Of a stretch of 64,000 nt of DNA, positions 1 through 10,407 are shown one piece after another. How positions within the stretch are numbered: position 1 is the first letter of the stretch; the number at the start of each line of letters is the position of its first letter. The position numbers and the translations under genes were made by a program. The DNA comes from an uncultured Nitrososphaerales archaeon (GTDB lineage Archaea > Thermoproteota > Nitrososphaeria > Nitrososphaerales > Nitrososphaeraceae): NCBI GenBank assembly GCA_963713605.1, contig CAVQMO010000001.1, forward strand, positions 960,001-1,024,000, written 5' to 3'. Under the pieces are notes generated by a model. It searched no databases, was not told the origin of the DNA, and saw nothing but the letters and a program-made list of their open reading frames with translations.

Positions 1-1269
1 AGTGGAACAGCAAGGTGCCCATCAAGCAAGAGTTACACACATAGGGCCGTATTTTTAGCAGCCCTTTCAGAAGGGGAGTCCAGAATCCATGATCCCTTAA
101 TTTCAAGAGACACTCTTTCCTCTATAAATGCCTGTAGAGCTTTGGGACCACAAATTCTTCATGAAGGATCTTCGTTACGGATTATAGGAACAGCTCTAAA
201 AGCACCAGATAATGTCATAGATGCAGGAAACTCAGGAACAACAATTAGAATAGCTACATCGGTTTGTTCTCTGATTGAATCAGGGTATAGTGTATTGACC
301 GGAGATAGGAGCCTAAGAACACGTCCCATGGGTCCTCTCCTTTTCTCGCTTGGGAAATTAGGTGTTGATTGCTTCTCTACAAAATTAGATTGTACTGCGC
401 CAATCGTCATAAAGGGGGGCGGGTTGAAAGGAGGGAATGTAACCATAAATGGTTCCATTTCGAGTCAATTCGTGTCATCTCTACTTATTACAGCAGTTCG
501 AGCCAGTAATGATGTGTCGATAGGAGTTGAGGGAGAATTAGTCTCACGCCCCTATATCATGTCAACTATGGCCACAATGGAAAAATTTGGGGTCGAAGTT
601 GAACATGATAATGATCTAAGAAATTTTAGCGTAAAGAGTGGCACCTACTCTCCTGGTATATTCCACATTCCCTCTGATCTTTCTTCAGCATCAATGATGG
701 TGGCAGCCGGAGTTTTGGTAGGTAAGGATAAAATTCAATTGTCGGGTTTGAACTTTGACTTACCTCAAGGAGATTCTAAGATTTTCAGTATTGTTGAACA
801 AATGAATGGCAGGATCGTAGTGGACACTTTCAAAGGCGAGTTGTTTGTTGAAAAGTCAGAAAGGTTGGATGGAGGGGAGTTTGATTTGAAAGACAGTCCT
901 GATCTTTTGCCCGTAGTCTCAATCCTGGCACTTAAAGCGAAAAGCCCTGTTATAATAAACGGAATCTCTCATGCTAGATACAAGGAGACGGATAGAGTCA
1001 AGAACATCACAACCGAACTAAGGAAGCTAGGAGCGACGGTATCCGAAACCCAGAACTCGATTTCAATACGACCTCCAGAGGTCGTCAAAAATGCTTCGTT
1101 AGAGTCCTTCGATGATCACCGTTTATTCATGGCACTAGCTATTGCATCTCTACTGACCAATCATTCTACGTTGAATGGCGCAGAGTCAGTAGATGTATCA
1201 TATCCAAGTTTTCTAGAAGACCTTACAAGGATGGGAGCCAATATTTCAGTATGTTCAGACAAAAACTAA
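1..1269 (+). CDS. aroA: 3-phosphoshikimate 1-carboxyvinyltransferase (EPSP synthase), 5' end outside window
   Basis: Frame open from base 1 (SGTARCPSSKSYTHRA...), in frame with ORF 142..1269; motifs GNSGTT, SSQF, KETDR, DDHRLFMA. Confidence 0.96.
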   Translation, partial: SGTARCPSSKSYTHRAVFLAALSEGESRIHDPLISRDTLSSINACRALGPQILHEGSSLRIIGTALKAPDNVIDAGNSGTTIRIATSVCSLIESGYSVLTGDRSLRTRPMGPLLFSLGKLGVDCFSTKLDCTAPIVIKGGGLKGGNVTINGSISSQFVSSLLITAVRASNDVSIGVEGELVSRPYIMSTMATMEKFGVEVEHDNDLRNFSVKSGTYSPGIFHIPSDLSSASMMVAAGVLVGKDKIQLSGLNFDLPQGDSKIFSIVEQMNGRIVVDTFKGELFVEKSERLDGGEFDLKDSPDLLPVVSILALKAKSPVIINGISHARYKETDRVKNITTELRKLGATVSETQNSISIRPPEVVKNASLESFDDHRLFMALAIASLLTNHSTLNGAESVDVSYPSFLEDLTRMGANISVCSDKN

Positions 1270-1372
1270 TAGAGGCTCCAACCTTTCTGAGCATTGTCTC
1301 ATCCCTCTTGGTCAGAATATTCGCCCTAACATACATTAAACACATGTGGGTATTGAATGGAGCAATCTAGTC

Positions 1373-2488
1373 ATGCTAGGCAATCTAATAGGAGAGCGGT
1401 TCATGGCATTGAATTTCGGAGAAAGTCATGGCCGTTGTGTTGGGACAGTAGTAGATGGCTGTCCTGCAGGGCTTCCCCTGGAAGAATCTTTTATCCAGAA
1501 AAAACTGGATTTGAGAAAGCCTGGACTGTCAGTGGTAACTACTCAACGAAAGGAAGATGATATAGTAGAGATTCTTTCCGGGGTTTTTCAAGGTCACACT
1601 AATGGTGGACCGATCTGTATGCTTATATGGAACAAAGACCAAGACTCGCGACCTTACGAGCAGATCAGGACAATCCCCAGGCCGGGTCATTCAGATTATC
1701 CTGCTTCCGTAAAATATGGGGGATATGCAGATTATCGTGGAGGGGGTCGATTTTCAGGACGCCTTACCGCCACTTTTGTGATGGCTGGGGCAGTCGCAGA
1801 GCGATTGTTAAAAGTTGCACTTGGAATCGATACCGTTGCCTACGCTGTTGCAATTGGTAAGGTAAGGTCTAGACACATAGATTTTATGTCTGCATTAAAG
1901 TATCGTTATGAAAATGAGGTAAGGTGTCCTGATACTGAAGCGGCAGAAAAAATGAAGGAGACAATTTTGGCTGCGAAGAAGAGAGGCGATTCGATTGGTG
2001 GTATCATCGAATGTGTTACTAATCGGCTTCCGGTTGGATTGGGTGAACCTCTCTTTAGTTCGCTGGAATCTGATATTAGTAGGGCTCTGTTCGGAATCCC
2101 TTCGGTGAAGGCTGTTGAATTCGGCTCCGGATTTTACGGTTGCACAATTCTAGGTTCAGAAAATAACGACACCTATGTTTTAGAGAAAGGATCAGTAGTG
2201 ACTAGAACCAATAATTCTGGAGGTATCCTGGGTGGACTCTCTACAGGAATGCCCTTGGTAATTAGAATAGGATTTAAACCCCCGTCATCAATAGCACAAA
2301 CACAGGAAACTCTGGATCTCTCTAGTGGAACACAGACTAAATTGAAAGTCCCCGGAAGACATGATCCATGCGTTGTCCCCAGAGCACCACCAGTCGTCGA
2401 GGCTATAGTCTCTCTGGTACTTGCGGATCACGCAATTAGGCATGGTCTCATTTCCTCATCACGTCTGGGGGTGAAACACGATGTCTGA
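1373..2488 (+). CDS. aroC: Chorismate synthase
   Basis: FGESHG, RPGHSD, RFSGRLT and GRHDPCV motifs; ATG at 1373 preferred as start. Confidence 0.96.
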   Translation: MLGNLIGERFMALNFGESHGRCVGTVVDGCPAGLPLEESFIQKKLDLRKPGLSVVTTQRKEDDIVEILSGVFQGHTNGGPICMLIWNKDQDSRPYEQIRTIPRPGHSDYPASVKYGGYADYRGGGRFSGRLTATFVMAGAVAERLLKVALGIDTVAYAVAIGKVRSRHIDFMSALKYRYENEVRCPDTEAAEKMKETILAAKKRGDSIGGIIECVTNRLPVGLGEPLFSSLESDISRALFGIPSVKAVEFGSGFYGCTILGSENNDTYVLEKGSVVTRTNNSGGILGGLSTGMPLVIRIGFKPPSSIAQTQETLDLSSGTQTKLKVPGRHDPCVVPRAPPVVEAIVSLVLADHAIRHGLISSSRLGVKHDV

Positions 2489-3881
2489 GAGTGAAGGGGT
2501 AGCGAAAAAAAATAAAGAGCTTAGAGTCCTCCGTTCTGAAATTCAAGAAGTAACGGGCGAAATATTTCAAAAGATCAAACACAGAATGGAACTTGCACAG
2601 AAGATTGGGGAAATCAAGGCCAAGCTTGGAATGGACGTAACCGACGATCAGGTTGAAAGCGAAATAAGAAAATCTGTATTAAGCCTCGCTCACCAAATTG
2701 GTTTGGACCCGTCATATTCCTCTAGATTACTCAATCTAATGCTTATTGAATCAGTTGGTCTTCAAAGAAAACAGAAAACGCTCGAGCAACCAAGTTCACA
2801 TATGGACATTTTAATGAGAGCCAGACAAATCGAAGCATCTGGAAGGCATATGATACACTTGGAAATTGGCGAGCCCGATTTCGGACCTCCACCAAGCATC
2901 AAAGATGCGTTTGCAAATGCGATAAACTCCGGCTACTATCACTATACTGATGCCAGAGGGATCGAAAGGTTAAGGGAGAAGCTGGCCCTAATTCATGGCT
3001 TTACAAAGGAAACGGTAATGGTGACACCAGGTGGACGGTTCGGAGTATATGCATCGATTGCTTCATTGCTCAGGCCTGGAGAGGAGATCGTGGTTATCGA
3101 GCCCTCTTGGCCAGCATATTCAGACTGCGCAGCGTTAAATTCAGTCAAAGTCAAAACTATCAAAACGACCTTCGAAAATCAATGGTCTCCCGACGTTGAC
3201 GAAATAGATGATGCAATAAATGATGCTACGAAGATGATCGTTCTAAATTATCCGAACAATCCTACTGGGAAGATATTGGGCACAGATACGGTTGAAAGGA
3301 TCATATCTTTGGCAAAAGATCATGGCCTTTACATTTTAAGTGATGAAGTATATTCCAAATATTGCATCAAAAAATTCAAAAGTATTTCTGAATATAATTA
3401 TGATAGATCAATTGTTATTGAATCATTTTCCAAAACCTATGCAATGACCGGATTTCGACTCGGTTACGTTTTATCTAGCGCTTTAATTATTAAACAGATT
3501 GCGAAATTGCTGGCATTTGCTATGACAAGCGTAGCTGAGCCACTTCAATATTGTGCACTGAATGCACTCGAAACCGAATACGTGACTAATGTTGAAGAGA
3601 CTAGAATCAGAGTTTATACTTTAGTTGAAAGGCTGAAGCAAATGAATGTGAGTTTCACTATTCCTGATGGATCTATGTATGTGTATCCAAGGATTAATAC
3701 TATAACACTAGATGATAATACCTTAGTTAATCAGTTGTTAGAAAATGGTATTGCAGTCGCACCAGGGAGCGCATTTGGTAGCAGTTATAGTAAATTCATT
3801 AGAATTTCCGCAACTCAATCTGCAGATCAAATCGAAAAAGCAATGGATGTTTTAGAGAATTGTCTATCGATGAAGACATGA
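2481..3881 (+). CDS. Chorismate mutase (AroQ-like) fused to class I/II PLP aminotransferase
   Basis: N-terminal ~90 aa helical LRSEIQEVT...RMELAQKIGEIK; C-terminal GEPDF, NPTG, DEVY, SFSKTYAMTGFRLG; lies between aroC and tyrA. Confidence 0.85.
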   Translation: MSESEGVAKKNKELRVLRSEIQEVTGEIFQKIKHRMELAQKIGEIKAKLGMDVTDDQVESEIRKSVLSLAHQIGLDPSYSSRLLNLMLIESVGLQRKQKTLEQPSSHMDILMRARQIEASGRHMIHLEIGEPDFGPPPSIKDAFANAINSGYYHYTDARGIERLREKLALIHGFTKETVMVTPGGRFGVYASIASLLRPGEEIVVIEPSWPAYSDCAALNSVKVKTIKTTFENQWSPDVDEIDDAINDATKMIVLNYPNNPTGKILGTDTVERIISLAKDHGLYILSDEVYSKYCIKKFKSISEYNYDRSIVIESFSKTYAMTGFRLGYVLSSALIIKQIAKLLAFAMTSVAEPLQYCALNALETEYVTNVEETRIRVYTLVERLKQMNVSFTIPDGSMYVYPRINTITLDDNTLVNQLLENGIAVAPGSAFGSSYSKFIRISATQSADQIEKAMDVLENCLSMKT

Positions 3882-4774
3882 TTAGCTCCTTTCCCATGAG
3901 GAAAGTCGCGGTCATAGGAGCAGCAGGCAGGATGGGAAGATGGTTTACTCACTACTTTGCGCAATCAAATACTGTCAGAGTATCTGTTTACGACAAAAAA
4001 AAATTTGCATTTAGAAACCTACTGTGTGTTGATCGTTGCGAAACAGTTAAAGCTTGTGTGAAGGAGGCCGATTTGGTGATAGTCTGTGTACCTATTAAAA
4101 GCATCGTTTCTGTTGTTCAAGAGTCTCTTAATTACATGAAAGAGGGAGCCATATTAACAGAGATTTCATCCATTAAGAAGCAAATATACAGAGTATTGCG
4201 AGCTGCCAGAAAGGACATTACATGCTTGTGCATCCACCCAATGTTTGGACCGGCTACTAAAAGGTCGAGATTTATTAAGTATTTACTTGTCCCAGTCAGG
4301 AATAGGGCAAAAGAATTAGCTTTTCTCAGTTCTATTTTTCCACGATCGGAAATAGAAGTGATTAGTGATCCAGATCTCCATGACAAGTACATGGCAGTGG
4401 TCATTGGGCTTACCTATTACGTTAACTTAGTATTAGGTTCAATGCTCTCCAAACTCGATCTAGGAACTATGAAAAAGGTCGCTGGGACGAGCTTTGGAAT
4501 GCAGGCCATGATTACTGAAAGTATCATAAACGATTCTCCGGAGCTTGTATCATCGTTATTACGAGAAAACCCCTTCAACAAGACGTATATAACTGGTTTC
4601 CTTGCGGAGGCTAAAAACATACAGAAGTTAGTCTTTGGCAAGGATGAAAAAGCTACTAGAAGAGCCGTTGAGGAAATAAAGACTCGTATAAATAGATTAT
4701 CAGACACCGACAAATCTTATTTGAAATTTTATAGGGCAATAGAATATCTAAAGACATTCGACATCACCAGATGA
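3878..4774 (+). CDS. tyrA: Prephenate/arogenate dehydrogenase
   Basis: Rossmann motif VIGAAGRMG, EISSIK, HPMFGP; ATGA overlap with upstream gene. Confidence 0.9.
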   Translation: MISSFPMRKVAVIGAAGRMGRWFTHYFAQSNTVRVSVYDKKKFAFRNLLCVDRCETVKACVKEADLVIVCVPIKSIVSVVQESLNYMKEGAILTEISSIKKQIYRVLRAARKDITCLCIHPMFGPATKRSRFIKYLLVPVRNRAKELAFLSSIFPRSEIEVISDPDLHDKYMAVVIGLTYYVNLVLGSMLSKLDLGTMKKVAGTSFGMQAMITESIINDSPELVSSLLRENPFNKTYITGFLAEAKNIQKLVFGKDEKATRRAVEEIKTRINRLSDTDKSYLKFYRAIEYLKTFDITR

Positions 4775-4923
4775 AATTGAAGTCGGAACCAAAATGATCT
4801 AAATTAGGTTTATCGGTTTAGGATTCTTGTAGGTGCTCTGGTATCATGACACCGTGAAAGAGGTTCACTTCAAATGTAGCATCACCTGAAAATGCTATTA
4901 TTGAGCGAGCGCTCAGAAATCAG

Positions 4924-5904
4924 ATGAAAATACAGCTAACTCGACATTTAGCATGCGTAAAACACTCTGGGGGCAAGAGAAATTTATCTATTGATTTGCT
5001 CGAATCTAACAACGGAAATGAGTGTTCAGAGGGGTTTCTCAAATGCGAAGAATGCAAACAGTTGTACCCTGTGATTGACGGCGTTGCGTTGTTGTTGGAG
5101 GATGTTGCTGAATACGTATCCTCCAGGCCTTCTTTACTTGGAAAATGGATTCTGTCGAGTAAGACCCCCACGATGAAAGAATATCTGAAAGGGATGAGTT
5201 CAACTCTAACTATTCCAAATAAATCACTAGGGAATAATCTATATGAAGTCGACGGGTCATTATATGAATCTTATAATTGGGCTCAGTTTGACTTTGATAG
5301 TAACGACAGATTTCTCTCGTTACTGAAACACAAGATGTATCCTAACGATCTCTACAATAAGGTAGTCCATAGCACCACGACAAATTTAGATGGGGCTGCG
5401 CTGGACTTGGGATGCTCATCAGGATATGCGGCTTTTCAACTCGCCAAGAAATTTGCATATGTTATTGGAGTAGATCTATCATTTTCTTTTGTTAGTGAAG
5501 CAAGAAGGCGAATGACAGCATTAAGAGTGGGTAATTTAGATTTTGTAGTCGCAGATTGCATAAGGCCTCCATTCCTTCCCAACAAATTTGATCTGGTGAT
5601 TGCATTGAATATCATAGAGCTCATTGATGCTGAACAGTTATTGGATAGAATCCACAAATTGTTAAAGGAAGATGGAGAAGTTGCCTTCTCCTCACCCTAT
5701 GATTACAATAGAACACAACTAGGGAACAGAGTAAATCCTCAGTCATTCAGACAATTAGTGCAAAGATCGGGCTTTAGGATAGGGAGTAGATACGTTACGG
5801 GTGAGTCATTTATTCCTTGGAGTTTGAAGATTAATGAACGGACCTATCTATTTTATTATGTCGATTACCTTAGAGCGCGCAAAGCCTCAAAAGCCAAGAG
5901 ATAG
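4924..5904 (+). CDS. Class I SAM-dependent methyltransferase with N-terminal Trm112-like zinc domain
   Basis: LACVKH...LKCEECKQLYPVIDGV N-terminus; LDLGCSSG, GVDLS and FDLVIA methyltransferase motifs. Confidence 0.8.
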   Translation: MKIQLTRHLACVKHSGGKRNLSIDLLESNNGNECSEGFLKCEECKQLYPVIDGVALLLEDVAEYVSSRPSLLGKWILSSKTPTMKEYLKGMSSTLTIPNKSLGNNLYEVDGSLYESYNWAQFDFDSNDRFLSLLKHKMYPNDLYNKVVHSTTTNLDGAALDLGCSSGYAAFQLAKKFAYVIGVDLSFSFVSEARRRMTALRVGNLDFVVADCIRPPFLPNKFDLVIALNIIELIDAEQLLDRIHKLLKEDGEVAFSSPYDYNRTQLGNRVNPQSFRQLVQRSGFRIGSRYVTGESFIPWSLKINERTYLFYYVDYLRARKASKAKR

Positions 5905-5988
5905 CATTACGATCTAGGAATATTATCGCTAATAATGGCAGGTGGGCTCACTTGAGGTATATATATTCCAGAAACTGATAGGCATTAC

Positions 5989-6996
5989 ATGAAGGCTCAA
6001 CGATGGCATGACAACGATATCAACTTAGATGATGTTAAGAAAGACAGAATAGCGGTGATCGGGTACGGCATTCAGGGTCGTGCACAGGCTAATAACATGA
6101 AGGATAGTGGATTAGATGTCCTTGTGGGGCTACGTCGAGGAGGGAAGAGTTGGGATCTCGCTGCTAAAGAGGGTCACAAGGTTATGACTGCAGCCGAAGC
6201 CACAAAAGCGGCAAACATAGTTCATGTGTTAGTTCCGGATATGGAACAGAGTATACTGTACAAGACAGAGATAGGACCCAACCTTTCAGAGGGGGCTGCA
6301 CTAAGCTTTTCACACGGTGCGGCGATACAATGGAAGTGGATTGAACCGCCTAGCAATATCGACGTAATAATGGTGGCTCCAAAAGGACCAGGAGAAATGG
6401 TAAGAGAGTTATTTTTGCAAGGATTCGGAACCCCTTCGTTGGTCGCAGTCGAGCAGGATTATTCTACTAGGGCGTGGGGTAGGGTTCTTGGTATTGCGAA
6501 GGCAATTGGCAGTTCGAGACCAGGACTAATAAAAACAACATTTAAGGAAGAGGTTGAGACTGACTGGTTTGGCGAACAGGTGGACTTATGCGGTGGCACT
6601 CATAGCCTCATTATGAATGCATTTGAAACCTTGGTGGAAGCTGGATATCAGCCAGAGGTGGCATATTTTGAATGCTTGCATGAGCTTAAGTTGATAGTTG
6701 ATTTAATCCATAGGTACGGGATAACAGGCATGTACAAGAGAGTTAGTGAAACGGCTCGATATGGAGGCTTGACGAGAGGACCCATAGTTATCGACACAGA
6801 AAGCAAGAAAAAAATGAGGAGGGTCCTCGATGAGATTCAATCAGGCTCGTTCGCAGATGAATGGGTGAGCGTTTATGAGAAGGATGGTAAGAACTCGTTT
6901 GAGACTTTTATGAAAAGGATTCAAAGCCACGACATAGAACGTGTAGGTGTTGAGATGAGAAAGATGATGTGGCCTTACGAAGAACTAACAGATTAA
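5989..6996 (+). CDS. ilvC: Ketol-acid reductoisomerase
   Basis: IGYGIQG, APKGPG, EVETDWFGEQ, YFECLHELKLI, SETARYG. Confidence 0.97.
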   Translation: MKAQRWHDNDINLDDVKKDRIAVIGYGIQGRAQANNMKDSGLDVLVGLRRGGKSWDLAAKEGHKVMTAAEATKAANIVHVLVPDMEQSILYKTEIGPNLSEGAALSFSHGAAIQWKWIEPPSNIDVIMVAPKGPGEMVRELFLQGFGTPSLVAVEQDYSTRAWGRVLGIAKAIGSSRPGLIKTTFKEEVETDWFGEQVDLCGGTHSLIMNAFETLVEAGYQPEVAYFECLHELKLIVDLIHRYGITGMYKRVSETARYGGLTRGPIVIDTESKKKMRRVLDEIQSGSFADEWVSVYEKDGKNSFETFMKRIQSHDIERVGVEMRKMMWPYEELTD

Positions 6997-7029
6997 ACAG
7001 GGAAAAGAAGAACGCCTGCAAACATCAAA

Positions 7030-7452
7030 CTATTTTCTAGTTTTGACATTGCTGGCTATGTAATCAATTATAGTTGGTAATGGGGTTCCAGGTCCAAAGT
7101 TACCCATTATACCCTCGCCTTCGAGGACCTTTTTGTCTGCCTCAGGTATTATGCCTCCGCCTATCAACAAAATATTATTTCCGCCTCTTTCTCTCACTAA
7201 TCTCGCCACCTTGGGAAATAAGGCTGAATGAGCGCCATTTAACAAACTCATTGCAATTACATCCACATCCTCTTCGATCGCGATCTTCGCGACTTGTTCA
7301 GGCGTACAGAATAGGCCTGAATAAATAACCTCCATTCCTGCATCTCGCAGCGCCCTGCAGATCACAAGCGCACCCCTGTCGTGTCCGTCTAATCCCATCT
7401 TGGAAACAAGGATTCTTATTGGTCCTTTATGCTGTTCAGTCTCCTCTAGCAT
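7030..7452 (-). CDS. Methylmalonyl-CoA mutase small (cobalamin-binding) subunit
   Basis: DGHDRG B12-binding motif, GGIIP, FGPGT; clustered with meaB, mutase large subunit and epimerase. Confidence 0.95.
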   Translation of the reverse strand: MLEETEQHKGPIRILVSKMGLDGHDRGALVICRALRDAGMEVIYSGLFCTPEQVAKIAIEEDVDVIAMSLLNGAHSALFPKVARLVRERGGNNILLIGGGIIPEADKKVLEGEGIMGNFGPGTPLPTIIDYIASNVKTRK

Positions 7453-7523
7453 ATCAATCTGCTTACTTCATAAAGATGTCGAGAAGTATATCTAATTTTC
7501 GTCTATTGTCTTTGTCGCTCCTG

Positions 7524-7546
7524 TTCTTCTTCTTCTTCTTCTTCTT
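7524..7546. repeat. (TTC)7 trinucleotide tandem repeat in the divergent mutase small subunit/meaB intergenic region
   Basis: Directly visible: ttcttcttcttcttcttcttctt. Confidence 0.9.
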
Positions 7547-7686
7547 GTTGTCACAGTCATTGACATTGTCGTCAAAAGCCCGTTATTTCATGTAAGGCCA
7601 AATACGAGAATTAGTCTGAAATATTGATTTGGTATCTATACCATTTGCTACCAATGAATTTATACCGAATTGGTGATCCCTGAGTC

Positions 7687-8611
7687 ATGCTACAGATAGT
7701 TAAAAGACTACTCGAAGGAGATCGTAGATCTCTGGCTCGGGCAATTTCTAAGGTTGATAATAATGACCCTGATTCTCAGGACATCATTCGCGAGATCTTT
7801 TCCTTGACGGGTAAATCCAGATCTATAGGTTTTACAGGTCCTGCAGGTGCGGGGAAGAGTTCTTTGATAGGAGCATTGGTACACAATTTTCAAACCATGG
7901 GTTATCGAATAGCGTATCCTTGCGGTTGATCCCACTAGCCCTATAACTGGAGGGGCAATCCTAGGAGACCGCGTTAGGATGCAGGTGACTATGGATGATC
8001 AAGATGTGTTTATGAGGAGTTTGGCATCGAGAGGCGCAGTGGGTGGCGTTTCCAATTCGCTTAGGAATGTTATACGGATTCTAGATGTTGCCGGATTCGA
8101 CCTAATCTTAGTCGAGAGCGTTGGAGCCGGCCAGTTAGAAGTTGAAATATCTAGGATCGTAGACATCACAATCGTTGTGTTGACACCTCAGACAGGCGAC
8201 AACGTCCAATCGATTAAGGCTGGCCTTAACGAAATAGGGGAAATCTATGCAATTAACAAGGGCGACCTAGAAGGCTCAGGGAATTTATTCGGTTCCATCC
8301 TAGAATTTGTAGGGGGAACTGACAAGAAACCTTCAGTATTGAAAGTGTCTGCACGAACAGGAGAAGGGGTTAAGGACTTGGCTTCGCATATTGATGAGAA
8401 ATTAATAAGTAACAAAGCAAGCATAATAGAGAAGAGGAAAAGTATGTTGAAGAACGAACTACAAGAAATGGTATTTCGAGTGGTGGAACAGAGGGCTAAG
8501 TCGTTCCTCAAAGACAACCTGGAATACGAGAATTATATATCTATGGTGATTGAAAAGAAGATTGACCCATACCTGGCTGCAGAACGAATCTCGGCTACGA
8601 TTATGAGGTAG
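7687..8611 (+). CDS. meaB: MeaB/ArgK GTPase, methylmalonyl-CoA mutase chaperone (apparent frameshift ~7915)
   Basis: GPAGAGKSS P-loop; LAVDPTSPITGGAILGDRVRM in shifted frame; VESVGAGQ and NKGD. Confidence 0.93.
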
Positions 8612-8624
8612 GGAGTAGAGGGGC

Positions 8625-10217
8625 ATGGCCGAATCTAAACCATTTAAGACGGACTCTGGCATAGAGGTAAGGAAAATTTATTCTGATTCTGATATTCAAG
8701 CAAGAAATGTTAGTAGCCTCGGATCTCCTGGAGAGTTTCCATATACCAGGGGAATCTACCCTGAAATGTACCGTGGGAGGCTCTGGACCATGAGAATGTA
8801 TAGCGGCTTCGGCAGTGCGGAGGAGACAAATAATAGATTCAAATTCTTGTTGGAAAATGGGCAGACAGGTCTTTCCCTCGCCTTCGATTTGCCCACTCAA
8901 ACCGGCCGCGATTCTGATAATCCTCAGTCAGAGGGAGAAGTCGGAAGGACGGGAGTTGCAATCAGCTCGTTGAACGATATGATGACCTGTTTCAAATCCA
9001 TACCCCTGGACAGAGTTAGTACATCAATGACCATTAATTCAACTGCCTCCACTCTTCTAGCCCTTTACATTGTGGTAGCGGAGCAGCAGGGTGTTTCACC
9101 TGACAAAGTCAGGGGTACGACTCAAAACGATATTTTAAAAGAATACATATCGCGCAATACGTACATATATCCACCTAGACCGTCCCTTCGGCTGATCGGT
9201 GATATGATTCAATATACTTCAAAGAAAGTGCCGCAGTGGTATCCAATCAGCATTTCAGGTTATCATATGAGAGAGGCTGGGTCAAACGCCATACAAGAGC
9301 TTGCCTTTACATTCGCAAACGCAATAGAGTATATAGACACGTGTCGTCAACGGGGACTGGACGTCGACTCTTTCGCTCCAAGGCTTTCATTTTTCTTCTG
9401 CTGTACAATGGAATTCTTTGAGGAGATCGCAAAATTTAGGGCTGCTCGCAGAATTTATTCGAAGCTAATGAAGGAAAAGTTTGGAGCAAAAGATCCAAAG
9501 TCATGCCATTTAAGATTCCACGTACAAACTAGCGGCGAGTCGCTTACTGCTCAACAAGTAGACAATAACATAGTACGGGTCTCCTTGCAAGCCCTTGCAG
9601 CTGTGTTGGGAGGATGTCAGTCATTGCATACCAATTCACGTGACGAAGCATTGGCCCTACCAACTGAGGAATCTGTGAAGGTTGCATTAAGAACTCAACA
9701 GGTAATTGCCAATGAAACCGGAATTACGAAGACTGTCGACCCTTTAGGTGGATCGTATTATGTTGAGGAGCTTACCGCCACGATCGAGGACGAGGTTCAA
9801 GATTATCTAAATAGGATTGAGTCCATGGGCGGCGCCCTTGCTGCCGTAGAGAAAGGATACTTTCAAGAGGAGATTAGGAAAAACTCTTACAGGTTAAAGA
9901 AAGAGATAGACCAAAATGAGCGAATCATTGTTGGTGTAAATAAATTCCAGGATTTAGGAGACAGGGAACCTCAACTCAACATGATCAAACCTGAAGTAGA
10001 GAAAAAGCAGTTGTTACGGTTGAAGGAATTTAAAGCATCTAGGGACCAAACAAAGGTAGACTCGGTCCTCTCGGAACTCCTCAAGGCTGCGGAGAATGAT
10101 AGTGTAAACTTGATGCCTTATATCATTGAATCAGTAAAAAGCCGTGCCACACTTGGTGAAATTAGCGCTGTTTTTAAGGAGGTGTTTGGAGCCTATCTTC
10201 CAAAGATATCATTCTAA
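8625..10217 (+). CDS. Methylmalonyl-CoA mutase large (catalytic) subunit
   Basis: PGEFPYTRG, LSLAFDLPT, GTTQNDILKE, SISGYH, QSLHTNSRDEA. Confidence 0.97.
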   Translation: MAESKPFKTDSGIEVRKIYSDSDIQARNVSSLGSPGEFPYTRGIYPEMYRGRLWTMRMYSGFGSAEETNNRFKFLLENGQTGLSLAFDLPTQTGRDSDNPQSEGEVGRTGVAISSLNDMMTCFKSIPLDRVSTSMTINSTASTLLALYIVVAEQQGVSPDKVRGTTQNDILKEYISRNTYIYPPRPSLRLIGDMIQYTSKKVPQWYPISISGYHMREAGSNAIQELAFTFANAIEYIDTCRQRGLDVDSFAPRLSFFFCCTMEFFEEIAKFRAARRIYSKLMKEKFGAKDPKSCHLRFHVQTSGESLTAQQVDNNIVRVSLQALAAVLGGCQSLHTNSRDEALALPTEESVKVALRTQQVIANETGITKTVDPLGGSYYVEELTATIEDEVQDYLNRIESMGGALAAVEKGYFQEEIRKNSYRLKKEIDQNERIIVGVNKFQDLGDREPQLNMIKPEVEKKQLLRLKEFKASRDQTKVDSVLSELLKAAENDSVNLMPYIIESVKSRATLGEISAVFKEVFGAYLPKISF

Positions 10218-10407
10218 TGACAAAAGGTTAGAGGGAGTCAGCTCCGTAGCGGTTTCTCTTTTTTGTTAAGATGTCTAACGAGTTTCTGCAAAGGTGAACG
10301 TAAATTCGGATAAATGGTGGATTAAATCTTGACACTTGATAATTTGTGACCAATTTTTTTTGGATATACAAATTAATAACAGACAAAATCATCAGGAGGC
10401 AGATACG

